Source of the DNA: the human T2T-CHM13v2.0 reference genome, Homo sapiens
Strand: one strand, 5' to 3'
Assembly (NCBI RefSeq): GCF_009914755.1
Contig: NC_060934.1
Length of the DNA: 64,000 nt
Made by a program: the position numbers and the translations under genes. Positions 59,911 through 64,000 of this stretch are shown one piece after another. Position 1 is the first letter of the stretch; each line of letters starts with the position of its first letter. Under the pieces are notes generated by a model. That model was not told where the DNA came from and searched no databases. It saw only the letters and a program-made list of their open reading frames with translations.

Positions 59911-60207
59911 GTGTTGTAGTCCCTTGGGCTTCTATAACAAAATGCCTTAGACTGGGTAATTTATAAACATTAGAAATTTATTGCTAACAGTTCTGGGGGC
60001 TGGGAAGTCCAAGATCAAGGTGCTGGTAGCTTTGGCGTCAGGTGAGGCCTCTGTCTGCTTCATAAATGGCACTTTCTTGTTGTGTTCTTACATGCCAGAA
60101 GGGTAAGGCGGCTCTCTAGGGCCTCTTTTACAAGAGCACTCATCTCATTCACGAGGGCAGAATCCCGTTCATGAATTTTGGGGGGACACAAACATTTAGG
60201 CCATAAA
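59911..60207 (-). mobile_element. MLT1A-family solo LTR (internally deleted)
   Basis: ctataacaaaatgccttagactggg...gggaagtccaagatcaagg...gggggacacaaacatttaggccata. Confidence 0.85.
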
Positions 60208-60262
60208 ACCATGAAAATCCAAGATTAGAGCAGCAGTCCTCATTTTAGAACTGAAAACAAAT

Positions 60263-60581
60263 GGGCTGGGTGTGGTGGCTCATGCCTGTAATCCCAGCAC
60301 TTTGGTAGGCTGAGCAGGCGGATCACCTGAGGTCAGGAGTTTGAGACCAGCCTGGCCAACATAATGAAACCCTGTCTCTACTAAAAATACAAAAACTAGC
60401 CATGTGTGGTGGTGCACACCTGCAATCCCAGCTACTTAGGAGGCTGAGGCAGGAGAATTCCTTGAATCTGGGAGGAGGAGGTTGCAGTCAGCCAAGATCA
60501 TGCTATTGCACTATTGCACTCTAGCCTGTGTGACAAGAGTGCAACTCCATCTCAAAAAAAAAAAAAAAAAAAAAAAAAAAA
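60263..60581 (+). mobile_element. AluS
   Basis: Dimer with long poly-A. Confidence 0.94.
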
Positions 60582-61500
60582 GGTGATACCAAATGATCAA
60601 CGATTTTCCAGAAAATCCCAGGACAATCTGCCAATCTGCCAATATGTTAGGTAAAAATATTGTTGTATATGGTGTGCCTTGTTTTCCAGAAAACTGATAA
60701 AGACAAGTTTATCATCTCTGATATTTATTTTTCAGTGGTGACGTGAAGCAAGGCCAGAAAGCAGGGAACAGCCTCTAGGAGCCCTTTTTTCAGCACCTGC
60801 GATGTGCCAGGGCTGTGTTGTGCTCTTTCCACTTACTCTCATGTTGGACTCTCCTATCAGCCCTGGCAGCTTAGATACTCCTATCCTCCTTCCTACTAAA
60901 AAGAAACTGAGGCTCAAAAAGCTACATGAATTCCCTCAAAACATGCCTTCTGCAAGTAGAAAAAGCAAGACTCAAACCCAAGTCTGTCTAACTCTAGAAT
61001 CTGTGTGCTTTCCATTGCATCAGGTTGCCCTGACCAGGATGTGTCTCTCTCCTTTGTCCCCCTTCAGCTGCCATGGTAGATTTGTATAACTAAAGGGAAA
61101 TGTGTTTGGCACAAGAGGGATTTCTTTAGATTCTCTTTTGTCCCAGACACTGAATCAGATATGGACTCAGTTACACTGAACAAGATGTAAGATCTTATAT
61201 TGAATAAGATAAACAAAAGTGGATATAATTCTTACCCTTTAGGTGCTGGCACACAAGTAACCATAAGACAGATGTGTATAATCCAGGAAAGCTTCCTGGA
61301 GGAGTCAGAGTATGATCTTAGGGGAAAGTAAAGAGCTTCAACTGGACTCCTGGTTTCATGCAGCACGGTAGTCATCACTCTAAGTCATCAACAGGTGCTG
61401 CAGTGCCAAAAATGGCTAGAGTCTGAGGTCCCAGTTCTGCCACCAAACTCTTCGGACCAGTCTCCTATTCATCTTGGGTGGACTGAAAAGAATGGCTCTT

Positions 61501-61862
61501 TGCTATAGGCTGAATGTGCTCCTCCAAAATTCCTATATTGGAATCCTCAATCCCAAGGTGATGATATTAGGATGGAGAGACTTTGGGAGGTGATTAGGTC
61601 ATGAGGGTGAAGCCTCATGAATGAGATTAGTGTCCTCATAAGAGACAGACCCCAGAATCTCCCTCACCCCTTCTGCCATGTGAGGACACAAAGAGAAGAC
61701 TGCTGTCTATGAACCAAGAAGTGAGCCCCTTTCATACACCAAATCTACCCCCACCTTGATCTTGGACTTCACAGGCCCTAGAATGGTAGGGAATATATTT
61801 CTGTTGTTTATGAGGCATCTAGTCTATGGGATTCTATTATACAAGCCTGAATAGATGAAGAC
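61501..61862 (+). mobile_element. MLT1A0-like solo LTR, inserted in a MIR
   Basis: tgctataggctgaatgtg...gtgattaggtcatgagggt...ccttgatcttggacttc...; flanked by CTCTT repeats. Confidence 0.88.
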
Positions 61863-63272
61863 CCTCTTCCTTGCAAATGAAGGGGTGAGCCAAGGATGCT
61901 TGGGTTGCTTTGTGTCTCAGAGATTTAAGATTCTATATTCTACATTGATTTTTTAAAAAACTCCTCATTTTGTTACACTTTCATCACTTACATGGCACAC
62001 TCGTGTTAACTAAGCTTTTCCCCTTAAATAAATAGTCTTGACATTTCTTTCTGTTGCTTCTGATCCACTTACTAGAAGCTGCTGCGGTCTCAGCTGCCAG
62101 GAACAAGGCAGGCATGCATTGCCCTTCTGGCTGGGCTCACCAAAGGAGCCTTGAGTTCTCAGCAATGTGGAAATACTCCTGACAGCAAAGGGAGGGTTGC
62201 AAATGTTCTCTGGGGGTGACATTTCTGCAAACCTTTTGTTGGGCAATCCCCTTTCTCCCCAGAAAGCATCAAATGCATGCTATCCCCAGAAGCTACATGT
62301 CTTTAGAAAGAGGAAAGAATAACACTCCTTCAATAACAGCAACCCTCAGGTGGGTGGTGAAGGATCTCACTCTCTGATTACAGTGGTGCTTCCTGGAAGA
62401 CCTGAAATAACTGTCCGCATGGAGAAGTACTCAGAGAAGCAGAAAGGGTCAGCAGATGAACTAAAAAACAACTTTATGAGCAGATACCTAAGAGTTAACG
62501 TTTCATGTTGTAGAAGTCAAAACTACAACTCCCGTCACCAACCCAACGCCCAGCCTTTAAATGTTTTACCTATACTTACAGCGGTGTTCCTTTAAATATG
62601 ATCACCGATAAAGAGGGGTGCCTTTTAGGTTTAGACCCGCCTCAAATTGAGTAACAAATCAGCTCTTTCACACTCAGGCTGCGTTTTGGTTAACTGCAGC
62701 AGTGATGTTCATTATCCTTCGTGAGTAAGCCCTGAGGCTCTTTGGGCATCAGTGCTCATAAATTAATATTTATGATGAAGATTAATAAAACTGAAATGAA
62801 AAAAAGGGACTTAAAATTAAAATTTAAAAAGCTCTTCAATCTCTAAATCCATTTCCAGTGAGAGGGATGGAAGAACAGTTAGTACCACGTGTGTTCGCAA
62901 GCATTTATCAGTAGACAAATCTCTTAATTGTAACCATTATATTGTGAACGATCCACTAATCCTTCAATTTCATTCTTCACTGTTTCTCATTTAAGCAATT
63001 CTTGCATTTTTTCTATGCCTAGTTCCTCAGTTAAAGAAGGAAAATAAACTTCTTGTGAAAAAATTTACTTTTCCTTTGTATTCTTATATACCCACATGCT
63101 TTTCTGTTTATCCTTTTTGTTAAATATGAAAGAAATTGAATAAAAAGTCTGAAAAAGGAATTTAAGAGAAACCTGTGCTATTTATTTGCCCCTAAACCAC
63201 CACTACAGATAATCTTCTAATTTTTAAAGACCTTCAAATAATAGAATAGCATTGAATGCATTTCATTATTAA

Positions 63273-63646
<374 letters not shown>

Positions 63647-63775
63647 ACTCTTATTGTGGTTTTATATGAACTACTTTTTGCTCTGTTCTTCTATTGCCTC
63701 AATAGAGTATACTATTACATTTTTATCCAGCACAAAATCCTGGCAAAGCTTTATACAGGGCACAGAAGGGTTAAC

Positions 63776-64000
63776 AGTGATCCTCCACTAGGGGTGATTT
63801 TGCACCTCTGCTCTCCAGCCAGTGGAGGACATTTGGCAACATCAGGAGATATGTTTGATTGTCACAACATGGAAGGTGCTACCAGCATCAGTTGGTAGAG
63901 GCCAGGGATGCTGTTAAACATCCTGGAATGCCCAGAGCAACACCGTCCTCCCCAACCTCCAACAGAGAAAGACCTGGTCCCAAATGTCAATAGTACCAAG
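63776..64000 (+). mobile_element. MER20 (hAT-Charlie), cut by the window edge
   Basis: ggggtgattttgc...gacatttggcaa...ttgtcacaac...gtagaggccagggatgctgttaaacatcct...aaatgtcaatagt. Confidence 0.88.

Overview
This is primate (human-like) genomic DNA; AluJ/S/Y and L1PA elements are present. I can support no intact protein-coding CDS. The core feature is a CpG-island promoter (~16.5-17.3 kb) driving a minus-strand transcript. It has a GC-rich first exon (donor at 16702/16701), a 692-nt intron and a 453-nt exon (16009-15557) with canonical splice signals and 10 AUGs, followed by a long intron that runs off the left end. From memory of locus architecture only (not a database match), this best fits the 5' non-coding end of RBM47; treat that as tentative. 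The ~47 kb to the right is repeat-rich upstream sequence: about 40 Alus window-wide, L1, L2, L3/CR1, MIR, MLT1 and MER61A LTRs, MER5A/MER20/MER53 and a fossil hAT-Charlie transposase. I found no convincing new biological system. The most interesting signal is a chain of uORFs joined by a duplicated AUGAAUGGA stop/start motif in the 5' leader. There are also several mutational scars: a perfect 97-bp tandem duplication, a ~230-bp dispersed duplication, a templated-insertion cluster and a 25-bp perfect inverted repeat. Repeat boundaries and subfamilies were read by eye and are approximate.
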